Assembly: GCA_000934665.2 (NCBI GenBank)
Contig: KZ538588.1
Location: forward strand, 1 to 60,505
Reading direction: 5' to 3'
DNA from: Catajapyx aquilonaris
Taxonomy: Eukaryota
Length of the DNA stretch: 60,505 nucleotides
Position numbers and translations under genes: made by a program. Below, in pieces: positions 50,079-60,505 of the stretch. Below the pieces are notes generated by a model. It worked only from the letters and a program-made list of their open reading frames with translations. It ran no database searches and was not told where the DNA came from. How positions within the stretch are numbered: position 1 is the first letter of the stretch; every line of letters begins with the position of its first letter.

Positions 50079-52827
50079 TATTTAACTCAATCATCTGATT
50101 CACTGTAGCAATGTTCATAAACAGAGGTAATCGCCTTATAAAATATTTTGCAGCTTTTCCGACACGGAGGCTGCCATTTTGTCACGTGACCTAATCTCTG
50201 CTCCCCATTGGTTCTTAAGGACCTAGGCAGTTTTGCAAACGAACTCCTGCAAGACTTAGGCGCTTTTTCCGCTAATTGACTGTTTTCAAGGTGAATAACT
50301 ACGAGACTTACGAGATTTTTGTGTGATTTTCACACCGACTTGTAAAGGGCCTCCTCATTGACTACATGGTGTTGCTATCTCCAATTTCACGAAAATGGAC
50401 TTAGGCACTTTTGCACCCGAGCGCTTCATATCACTTCTGAAGAAATTAAGGAGCTCATTGTTGACATCATTTTGTTGTTACATAATGGACAAATTGCATT
50501 CTCCTTTCACATAATGCAAGATAAGTATTTTCCTTAAGACCTATTTTCAATATACAGTACATATACTTATTTTGACTAACTGCATTTTGAACGCATGCAG
50601 AATGTGGCATGGAGTGCAATAGAAGTGCAGAAATCAGTAAAAAAAATCAATTATACGAATTGGGTTGCTTTCACCACATTGGGCTGGGCATGTATGGGAA
50701 TGGGCATCGAAGTGGCGCCGCCGTCTTATACGGTCAGATTCCGGGGGAAACGAGAAGTTGTGCAGGAATACTATCCCATCCTATCTGGCCCCAGGGAGAA
50801 CCCAAATCCTATTTAGCAGCAGTTTGGACCGTTGAATTCGCCATCTGCCTAACAGAGGTGAAGCTTCTATCCCAGGCCATGTGCCCGGAAAATACGGGGG
50901 AAAAAGAGACCCAAGTAGTACCGTACAAATCCGGGGGCTGGCGTGCGTGAATTCCAATCCGGGAAAGAAAAATAAATTGATTGAGGCGGCAGAGAAGAAC
51001 AGACGAGAAGAGCAGGAAAATCATCTGTGCGGAGATTCATTAGTCCGGAGGGGGAAGACTAATCCGGTAGGAAAACTGCCGCCGGATTTTTTCCCCCTCT
51101 TCCAAGCCCCATCAGGTGGAAAAGGGAACAGAAGTAAAGAGGAATGTAAATTGCAGGCATTCCAATGTGCTCATGCTGCCACTGGAGCCTGCTTGAATCC
51201 GGGTACTGTGCACTTTCTTCCCACTGTCTGCTAAGTATCCTGTAAAAAAAATCCTCTCCCTTTTATGAAGGGACTCTCAGAATTGCTCTAACTTGGAAGT
51301 GCACATGAGTGGAACCGAGTTTCTCTTGTTGCCCAGATTTACTCGTAGGTTGGATGCTCCCAACACGACACTTATATGCCTGCTGTGGAATATTATTATC
51401 AGAACCTGGGAATTGATATTTGTCGATACTAATTACTGCCTTACAGTATTAAAATACGTAGCTCCAGAGTGAGCAAATGGATGATTTCAAAGTGCACAGT
51501 TGTGTCAAATGAATTTTCATGTACCTAAAATGTTATAGTTCTGTATACAGTTTGTTCGTACATTATGTTCAGAATTTCTTGTTACTATTATTATTAGCCC
51601 TACTGTAGAGTGTAGACCTACTTTCTTAAAGGTAACAGAAGGAGTCTGCGTGGTACTGCGTAAATTCAGCCGAAGGCGAAACTTGACGCTAGAAATAACC
51701 TGGTGGCAGTCACCAAGAGAGAAAAAAGTGAGTGCAAGTGCAGTTGCACGTAGCCAATTATAAATTTAAATAGGCTGTCACCTTAGCCTGGCGCAAATTC
51801 CGAGTTTCCTAGTTCAACCGGAGGCAGCGTCGTCGACGTCGTCTTTAGACAAAAGGTGAGCAGAATGGGCAAATAGTCTCAGGTGTAGTAATTAGCGTCC
51901 GATGCGGCGACGGAGACGAGATGAGCCTCGAGCAGACACCGAGGCCCGCATAGCAAATATGTCTTCCGGCAGCAGGCAAGTAGAAGATGGACCCATTCCT
52001 ATCTCCATCCCCAGTCAGTCAGCTTAGGTTGCCACCTGAATTATGAAGACCACGCGTGGGACTGCTTCCATGAATAATTAGTCGTCCTTGGGCCTTTTCT
52101 CATCCGCAAATTAGATTGCTGGCCTGGTCTCCAGATGGCAGCCTTGAGGAGCAAAAGGGACAACATGGCCGCCATTGTCAAGTGATACTCCAATTTGGAG
52201 ACGGCGGTGCATGTGCAATTTTAATGCCTAAAGTTTGCTGCACGTCTGCCGGGGCGATGCTGTTCTTGCTAAAGGGGATATTACGACGCACTGCTGTAGC
52301 CGGCTAATGCAACTAGCTCTTCAAGTTATTCCACACCAGTGGTAAATGGCTCACACCATTATGTAAAGTGCCAATTTACGTGCTCAAAAAAGTTTCATCA
52401 TTTCAAGAATCTCAATGTGACGGTGCAATTCAAAAAGTGTTGTTAATCATCCATCAATCGATCAAAAATTATGGTCATATAAATAGGGTTACAAATTATT
52501 CAGACAGTAACACTATACATTGCTCATGAATTATGACGCAGATATTTGCAAATAAATTGATTAAATAATACTGCACCGAACAATCAATTCTTTACCGCCA
52601 TTGATCACAAGCACCTCAAATGAAAATGAAAAATAGATATTCACACGAGGCATTGATTTACACTTATTGAATTGTTGTTGCTTTATTGTTGATATTATTG
52701 TGCAAGGTAAAAGAAAGTTATGGTTCTTAATGGCCTTAACACCTCTCTTAAGTTGCAATCCAAGTGATTACACTGAGACAAGGGGAAGGGAGTAGATGTA
52801 GGCCCCATTTGTATGTACATTTCAAGG

Positions 52828-53005
52828 GAGGATAAGGACGGAAGAAAGCGGCTATTTCAATTTTGAAAGTAATCCATCCAGGAATATTATCCTGGGAGTG
52901 ACCAGGATGGGGGAAAACACGAGAAGAGCTTTCTCTCCAATCAGGTTCATCATGGAACCTGGTACCTCAAGATTGAAAGCCTGAACGCCTAACCATTAAA
53001 CCAAG
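52828..53005 (-). mobile_element. Degraded SINE related to family B
   Basis: GGATAAGGACGGAAGAAAGCGGCT...TCCAGGAAT...GAACCTGGTACCTC...CTAACCATTAAACCA follows the family B layout. Confidence 0.5.
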
Positions 53006-53541
53006 TGTTGTCACTGTTGTCACTGATATCCAAGCTGGTGGAGCTTACTTCCCCCACTGTGATAGCAATAACTGTCTGTTTTAACTCTCATCCTAGCTTC
53101 CTTCAAAGTTAGAGCTTGCTTTAGCAGTATCCAAATAAGAGTTTACACACAGCAGAAGTGCTAGGCTAAAAGTATCCTACAAGTTATGCACCGATATACA
53201 GTGGACTCCTCTGTCATAATATATGGCCTACCGATATTATCTTTCATTGTAGCCCCTACACAATAGACATTCAGGGCTTTCTGAGTTTGAGTGGTCAAAG
53301 ATGACTTGAGGTTCTGCAGAGCAGTATCCCACGTTCGGAGTGCAGATTGGTTGGGTGGGCAAGAGTCGAAACTTTCAACGCACATTCGACCAGCGATGAC
53401 AATTATCTTCCTCAGGCAAAATAACTCAGGTAATCCAGTATAAACAGGATAGCAAGAGAAATTACAAGAATACTAGAGAATACGCAGGAAAGCCATGCAT
53501 CTATTATTCAATTGGTCTGAATAGTTTTATTACGGCACACT

Positions 53542-53975
53542 TGTGACCGTACCGGATCTTGCTATGTATAACGTCCCACATTTCACTGCATTCCGATGCT
53601 GCATTGCATTGCCGCATTTGATGTACAGGGGTCTGGTAACATACTCCTTTAGCCGACTGTACCAATCTCTTTGGTCTCGAGGCCGTTTGCTTTTTTCTAC
53701 ATCTAGTGAAACTTGTCATCTCCCATCGGCCTTTGCGGTTTTTTTGCCAACCTCTGTGCACATAGTCATGTGACTTGTCTATCTGCCTCCTCCCATCATG
53801 CTGTGCGCAGCTACTATATAAAGGAGTGAATCCTCTCACTCCTGGCCACTTGTTTGGTCGTCATCTCCCATCCCTGACCTATTACCTTTTCCCCTCACAC
53901 ACTCACCCTGACGAATAATAAACTGTACTTGATTGTTACCCACTGGCTTTTATATGTTCATCCATTCCGGTGACA
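53542..53975 (+). mobile_element. Solo LTR (Ty3/Gypsy-like)
   Basis: CACT|TGTGACC...GGTGACA|CACT: TG..CA ends, a short imperfect terminal IR and a 4-bp TSD, with TATATAAA at 53815-53822 and AATAAA at 53917-53922 in U3-R-U5 order. Confidence 0.75.
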
Positions 53976-54381
53976 CACTTATACAGGTATGAACGACTTA
54001 CATTAGTGGATCGTTCCGAAATATTTTTTACTTTATTCGGAGCAATGTTACAGAGCATAGCCTGTACTGTACCTTTATAAAGAGCAAAGGCACCGTTCGG
54101 CATTAGCAAAGCATCATCCGGCCGGGCCTGCTATGATCGCTCATGATGCGGCAATTCAGTATTGGCGTTACTGATGTCAAACAATATGTTTGTCCACTTC
54201 GCCGATTTGGTGATACATACGTAGTACACTACGCATTCCCAACAGTTTTTGAGGCCAATTCATAGAATATCACTAGTGTCCACATTCAATACTTTCAAAA
54301 TTAATATTTTAGTTTTAAAAAACTGGCTTCGATTTTTCAGGGATATACCTATAGTCTACGTAAAAAGAGGCACGTTAAAAT

Positions 54382-54630
54382 GAGGGGTCCGGGATCAAAA
54401 ACGGCCAAGTCCACTTAGAAAATCTGGTCGTAAAATGAGCAAAAACTGATGATTACTTACCTTTCACTGGTACAATCTTGAAACTTTTTACATCCATATG
54501 TTGCCTCAGTTCTGCTGCCTACGCAAACGTGCAATTAATACCCAATGACATTTAAATACATAATTGCTGCACGTATTTGTGGTAGACCCCCAACGGTGGA
54601 CTTGGCCGTTTTTAAAATCTCAGACCCGTC
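54382..54630. mobile_element. MITE with GAG termini (Sola-like)
   Basis: GAGGGGTCCGGGATCAAAAACGGCCAAGTCCAC...GTGGACTTGGCCGTTTTTAAAATCTCAGACCCGTC. An interior segment recurs inverted at ~55950-56017. TSD unclear. Confidence 0.65.
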
Positions 54631-54636
54631 AATATT

Positions 54637-54992
54637 TTTACATATTTTATAATATTTTATTGATTTTACCCCATTGCAAGAATCGGCGCTCCATTAGGGA
54701 ATACCACCATTTTACCACTCAGATTTTATGTAATTTTCTTCACACCGTGCAAGGGAGAAAGGGACACGGGGAAGGGAAATAAGGATTTTTGGGGAGGGGA
54801 CACAGGAGCAAGTGCAATGTCTCAAACAGGGTCATGTGCAGTACTCCAGGAGGTTAGGTTGCCAGACACCTCCAAGGTGCGGGTCAGAGACCCTCCTGAC
54901 GCAGGCGAAAGGGAACTCCCAGGCGGGGATCGAACCTGGGACCTTCCACTCAGCAAGCCGAGAGTTACCATCTCGGCCACCGTACCTCCCCG
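54637..54992 (-). mobile_element. tRNA-derived SINE, family A
   Basis: A and B boxes as in the other copies; TSD AGACCC(G/C)TCAATATT at 54622-54636 and 54993-55007. Confidence 0.9.
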
Positions 54993-55075
54993 AGACCCCT
55001 CAATATTACTTCTTGTATCACTTGTACCAATTGGTGCATATGAATAGGATTTACGGGTCATTTTCGCTCCAAATA

Positions 55076-55773
55076 CAGGGTGTCCCACTACTTACTTTAC
55101 CCGGCATTTCTTTAATAACTTTAACACGAATGCATATATCGCAACGAAATTTGAACTGAACTAACCTTCTTATGTGAGAAAGGAAATGAAATCACAACAT
55201 GTGCTGGAAATGGCCATCATTTGCGTCCCGGAAGGCCTGAACACGACTCTCCATATTTTGGAAGGTCTTGGCCAGCATGTCCTGAGGCACTGCCTGAATG
55301 ATTCTTGGGTGATGTTTTCTTTCAAGGCGTGGACCACGGTTTGTTTCGGTACCCATGCCATACATCACACATAGTCATGGCCGAAATTCATACCTACTCA
55401 GCGACCGAGTCATTTCGTGTAGGGACTTCGGCCACCAATGATCACCCGATCTTACGCTGCCTAATTACGTCTTATGGGCCATCTGAAAGGGAGAGTGTAC
55501 CGAAACAAACCACTATTCATCGACGCCTTGAAAGAAAACATCATCTAAGAAATTCAGACCGTGATTCAGAACATGCTGGCCAGGTACTTCCAATATGGAA
55601 TGTCGCGTTCAGGCTTGTCTGGACACAAATGGTGGCCATTTCCAGCATAGGTTGTGATGCCATTTCCTTTCTCACATAATGAGGTTAGTTCAGTTCAAAT
55701 TTCGTTGCGATTTCTTCATTCGTGTTAAAGTTATTAAATAAATGTCGAGTAAAGTACGTAGTGGGACACCCAG
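55076..55773. mobile_element. Second copy of the fold-back mariner derivative, opposite orientation to 24138
   Basis: TA|CAGGGTGTCCCACTAC...GTAGTGGGACACCCAG|TA; arms carry the same transposase C-terminal remnant and the same central junction. Confidence 0.92.
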
Positions 55774-57888
55774 TAATTATGGATGTGAATCATATTTGGG
55801 AATATTTTTAACGACATTTCTAAGTTATACTGATTCATTTTGATTTATTGGCATTGCGGGACAGACTTTCCTGCATTAGGATACATTCCTTCAGCCTCAT
55901 ATTAGAAGCCTGGTGGAAGGTAATTATTTTTTGAAAGCCTTCAAAGTGTAGTTGAGCTGCGGCAACAAATAGTTACGTAAAAAGTTTCAAGATTGTACAG
56001 GAGAAAGTTAAGTAATTACGGTATCCGTTTTGCTTATTTCATGTACTATATATTCACCTCTTGAGGACTTGGCTGCCTTTGATGCGGGACGCCTCAGTTA
56101 TTAGAAATCACTAGTGTTAGCTACAGTTCGAAATGCGTGATGTCATGTGCGTCTTGTTCTCTAAAATCTCTTAGGACATAATATTGTTGATAACTCTGAA
56201 CATATCCCATACTATGATTCTTTTTAAAATTCACAATTACGAACTTAGCACTTTCAGGTTCAATGTACCTCTTGGGAGGGAAATCGCGAGCACCCTGAAT
56301 TTCCATGTGTAACTAGGGTCCGTGGCAATGAATCTAAGGAAGTCACACAAAGTAGTTCCTCCGAATTACCATCCAACTACTCAGCACCAACTAATAAAGT
56401 TTTTTTATTGCACTATAAATTCCAGCGGCAATAATAGCCTTGTCCAAAGGTTGCATTACCCAGCCAAAATGGCAAAAAAGAATAAGTAGAAAGGGGCCTA
56501 ACGGAAGGGAAGGGCAAAAAAAAGAAGAAGAAATAGTCGGATTGTGACTACTGGAGGCAAATGGCTCCTTGTTAGGACGAAAAGTTATGGTGGCCAGGTC
56601 CCGGTGGCGCTTTTTCCCCACCGAGAGACAGCGGCCGACAGAGACAAAACAAGGCAATCTGCTTCCCTGGGAAGTGCCAGAGCAAGAACAGAGCCAAAAG
56701 AGAGGAGGAGGAGGGCTACTCTTCCCCCCAAAAAAGAAGAGAAAAAAAGCGTGGGAGGGAAGGGAGGCACCCTTTGTATAGGTATAAAGGTGAGCTCCAC
56801 ATTCAGGTCTCGATTCCGCTCTTCCTTCTAACATTTATCACTAAAGGGAATTTACCGAGACAGAGTTTGACTTCGTTTTTGCCTATCTCTTTCTCGGCTG
56901 GCATCAATCTCTGCTTCAATTTACACAAGAAATCAAAGCAGCGTGAAACAACACACCTAAAAAAACACTCGCATACTGAGTGATTATTGAATAGTACTTT
57001 AGAACCTTCATGTCATATGAAGTCCAAAGTGCAGGACTACATGTTCAAATGACAATGTCAAAATTTGTGCATACACATGATTGTTACGTGTTTACACAAT
57101 CATGTGTATTGACGGTGAAAATGCAGTTTTGCTCTCATTCGAAAGCCTGCGGAGACTGCAGTGTAGTCCAGATGATACTGTATGTGACAGCAGTCCCTTT
57201 GATAACAAAATTCAAATTATGCATTTAAATGCAACATGTTTGCTAAGACGCTTACGAGTTTCGTGTGATTAGGAACAGAAAAATTCAGACATAAGCCCCC
57301 TTAGTAGCGCAAGAGGAAGGCACACGACACATTTCAGCCGGCAAATGACTCCATTTCCCAAAGCAGTCACGTCTTTTATTCCTGGTGAGATCCCAAACTG
57401 TCACCTGAACTTAGAGCCAAAATGAAAAGGTGAGCTCTTTATGGGCTTAGGGACATGGACGCAAACTCCGCAGAGAGCTGGGGGGCGAGCAGGAAAGAGG
57501 TTGGGGTGGGGTGGTGCCCGGGGATCCTCCAGACACAAGTCACCTGTCACCTGTCCCCCAAATCTCCCCATTTGCCTTTCCACAATCTCTCCCCTTTCAC
57601 CTCGGTCCCTTTTTACCATTCTTTAACGCCCCTACCAGCGCCCCATTCCCGACCCGCGAATTAATGGGGTCCTCGGCAGGTGGCAGCCTTTCCTTCCTCA
57701 CACCAATTACAAGGAATTATAGCAATTAAAAAGCTTCGCGCAGAGCGCCTCTTTTCCCACCCAAAGAAAAGCTGTGGGAAAAACCCAGGGCGACATCTGC
57801 CAACATGTATGCCTTCATTTTATCAACTTTTCACACAATTTGAACCGAAATTATGAAAGGATTTACAAGCAGCTATTTCAGACTTACC

Positions 57889-58908
57889 AAGGGAACCTCT
57901 CGAACTTCATGTTCAAATAATATTTTTCGGGTTCCTTACCTCCTAGAAAGAAAGTGTCCTTCCGGAGAAATCCTCGATCTCAAGCGTTTTTGAGATACGA
58001 GGGTCAAAATTTCAAAAATGGGACACTATGAAAGTCCCTGAGGAAGCTATCATTAGTTCTGTCGGCGAGATTTTTGGAACTTGGCAGTTTCTTGGGATGT
58101 GGAATATAATGGCAGAGCCGGAAATTACGAATTATGCAAGTTAAGGGTAGTTCTCAGGGGGCAGGATGGGCGGGTGGGGGGCAAAAATTGTTAAATTTAA
58201 ATACGGGATTTTCAACGGGTGGAGGGTGTGCGCATGGAAAAAGCCGGGAATGGGTCCGAACGGCCAGCGACGATACGTTTCGGAGATGTCGACCTTTGAC
58301 ATCGACGATGTCCATCCTTTGAAGTGTGGATACCTCAGTACATGCCTGCATTGCTTGTGGTCGGAGCCTGGCGGTTGAGCTACTGTTTGGGGGGTGAGAG
58401 CCCCTGGCTCCGGCCACAAACAATGCAGGCATGTACGGAGGTATCCACGCTTGCAAGGATGGACATCGTCGATGTCAAAAGTCGACATCTCCGAAACTGA
58501 TCGTCGCTGGCCCTTCGGACAAATTCCCGGCTTTTGTCATGCGCACACCCTACCACCCGTTGAAAATCCCGTATTTAAATTTAACAATTTTTGCCCTCCC
58601 ACCCGCCCATCCCGCCCCTGAGAACTACCCTTAACTTGCATAATTCGCAATTTCCGGCTCTGCCATTATATTCCCCGTCCCAAGAAACTGCCAAGTTCCA
58701 AAAATCTCCCCGACAGAACGAATGATAGCTTCCTCAGGGACTTTCATAAAGAGTCCCATTTTTGAACTTTTGACCCTCGTATCTCATAAACGCTTGGAAT
58801 GAGAAATTTCTCCGGTTGTTCCGGAAGGACACTTTCTTTCTAGGAGGTAAGGGACCCGAAAAAAGTATTTGAACATGAAGTTCGAGTAGCACTTCGAGAG
58901 GTTCCCTT
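57889..58908. mobile_element. ~1-kb fold-back element (~480-bp arms, ~30-nt spacer) containing an inner TTAA|GGG...CCC|TTAA unit at 58145-58630
   Basis: AAGGGAACCTCTCGAA...TTCGAGAGGTTCCCTT. The arms can be followed as reverse complements to ~58372/58402, and the mirror-image ORFs in the supplied track agree. Confidence 0.92.
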
Positions 58909-59899
58909 AGCAGACTTCTTTATATGAACGCGATTGAAGAATGTCAGTCATCTTACAAATCACATCTGCATAGGTGGAAATGTGGCTACCGGGCTGGGGG
59001 CAGGCAGAAAGGTCATATGAAAAGGACCGCATGCGGACCTTTATCAGCCAAGCCCATACTGGTTCTCAGACGGTGGCTGCTGATAAGCCAGCCTCCCATG
59101 TGGATCTGAGTTGTCTGGTTTGCAGCTTAAACTATAAACCAGGCGCCGATTGGGTGAGTGCATCCAGTTATCGAGTTTGTCGCAACATGCTGCACATTAT
59201 TAGACGGTTACTTTAAGTAAGTTTCTTTTTGGACCTCTCATGTTTTCTGATTACATGTTGTATTGTTTTCAAAATGTTTCTGGGTTGATTCAATGACTCG
59301 GAACTGTAATGCTAACAAAATAATCTCACAGTTTACAAGTTTATTCTACAAGTATACTCTATCCTATACACGATATCCGCACAAAATGAATTTTCATTAT
59401 CAGACTCTGTGGTCAGTTGCAGCACTGAGGGTTGACCCTGGAAAACTCCTTGCTATTGAACTTAGCATTATTGGTGACAACAGTTAATAACAAGGGTAAA
59501 TCATCGCTCAAGAGTCCACCTTTAGTTAAGCCAGACGACCTAAAATAATGTTCCCAATAATGAGCTCTGCGAAAATAGCTAAAATTAGCAGCCAATACTA
59601 AAACAGCTAATGCTAAACTTAGCTATTAGCTTCTATTTGGATTTCTCCTATCATTAGTGCACACCATTAGTCCATATTATTTCCATCGTAATTCACTAAT
59701 CATTTAAACTCAAGCAGTATGATCAGGAGAAAAGTGCATTTAGAAATTGGCCTTATTAAGCCTTTGGCATAATTGCTGCCTCTAATAGTCTAATACATCA
59801 TGTGGCGCCCACCTAAAGCTAAAGGGCATTAGTTTCTAGTGCATATAGCCATGTTGAGGATGCTGTTTTTACGTTTCTTGTTCAACAAGTGTGTTCAAC

Positions 59900-59934
59900 A
59901 ATGTGTTGTTAAATTACTAATTTAACAACACATT
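59900..59934. repeat. Perfect 17-bp-arm palindrome
   Basis: AATGTGTTGTTAAATTA-C-TAATTTAACAACACATT. Confidence 0.93.
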
Positions 59935-60505
59935 AAATACTCACCCAAAACTGGATTAGAGGTCATGACTCGAGTGCCGTCTAATTACGATTTTTTTTCC
60001 TATCCGCAATAATGGGACCAAATATACGGTACTGTACATCACAATGAGGTCAGAAGGTAACCGTATTGTCATATATTTGCAAAAGACAACCTAGGCGAAG
60101 AACAGGAAAATTGCCTTATTATACTGTCACAGTCGCAACACGGAATTACTAGACATTACATTATCCCAGTTTCAGCAACCACTGTTGTAACGGTCTGTCC
60201 AAGCTTGGACGACATCATCATGCACAAGAGATGGGGTAACATTGGAATGCATGGTTCAACAAGAGATTCAGTATAAAAGGGAACACTATATTATCATATG
60301 AGAGAGACGACTGTTAGGTGGTAGCACAGGGTAGCGAGCTACTACTACAATGTAACACATACTGTGCGGGGTAAACCCCATTTGTTATACTCTAACCATA
60401 TACTTGCCCTGATCTGAAAATATTGGGACACCCCCAAAAAATGGAGTGGTGGGGTTATACACAGGATGTGATAAAAAGTTTCCATTAAGATTATCTGGAC
60501 TTTAG

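Larger units (their letters stand above)
49018..50427. mobile_element. Sola-like non-autonomous element (outer layer of a nest)
   Basis: ATAT|GAAGAGCTCGTTTGCAAAAGTGCCTAAGTCCATTTTC...GAAAATGGACTTAGGCACTTTTGCACCCGAGCGCTTC|ATAT. Internal copies of GGAC(T/C)TAGGCAGTTTTGCAAA at ~49205 and ~50219. Confidence 0.82.

Noticed and set aside
149..59595. The many 60-166 aa ORFs in the supplied track
   Set aside because: Short, with no recognisable domains; many derive from microsatellites, N-gaps, SINEs or palindromes. Only the exon within 38861-39145 and the transposase remnants are credible.

Overview
Eukaryotic, probably arthropod (hemimetabolous-insect-like) DNA; the taxon is inferred from SINE style and not proven. 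The window is almost entirely non-coding. The only credible coding sequence is one 111-nt, phase 0-0 internal exon on the minus strand (38957-39067) encoding [37 protein letters not shown], the DLAGP/first-TM segment of a Yip1-family protein (YIPF5/Yip1A-like). I found no neighbouring exons, so the flanking introns appear to be >38 kb and >21 kb. The rest is a dense mix of non-autonomous mobile elements: four tRNA-derived SINE families (several with intact 10-16 bp TSDs), TA-flanked Tc1/mariner MITEs, TTAA-flanked piggyBac/Kolobok-like MITEs, Sola-, PIF-, P/hAT- and CMC-like MITEs, a solo LTR, a ~1-kb palindrome, microsatellites and a 250-N gap. The most notable structures are fold-back mariner elements built from two transposase 3' ends, a SINE with a twin-priming-type 5' inversion, SINE families with swapped heads on a shared body, multi-level nested transposon stacks, and insertions centred exactly on palindrome axes. 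Coordinates were read by eye. Superfamily labels rest on termini and TSDs only, with no database search. I saw no convincing new protein-coding system.
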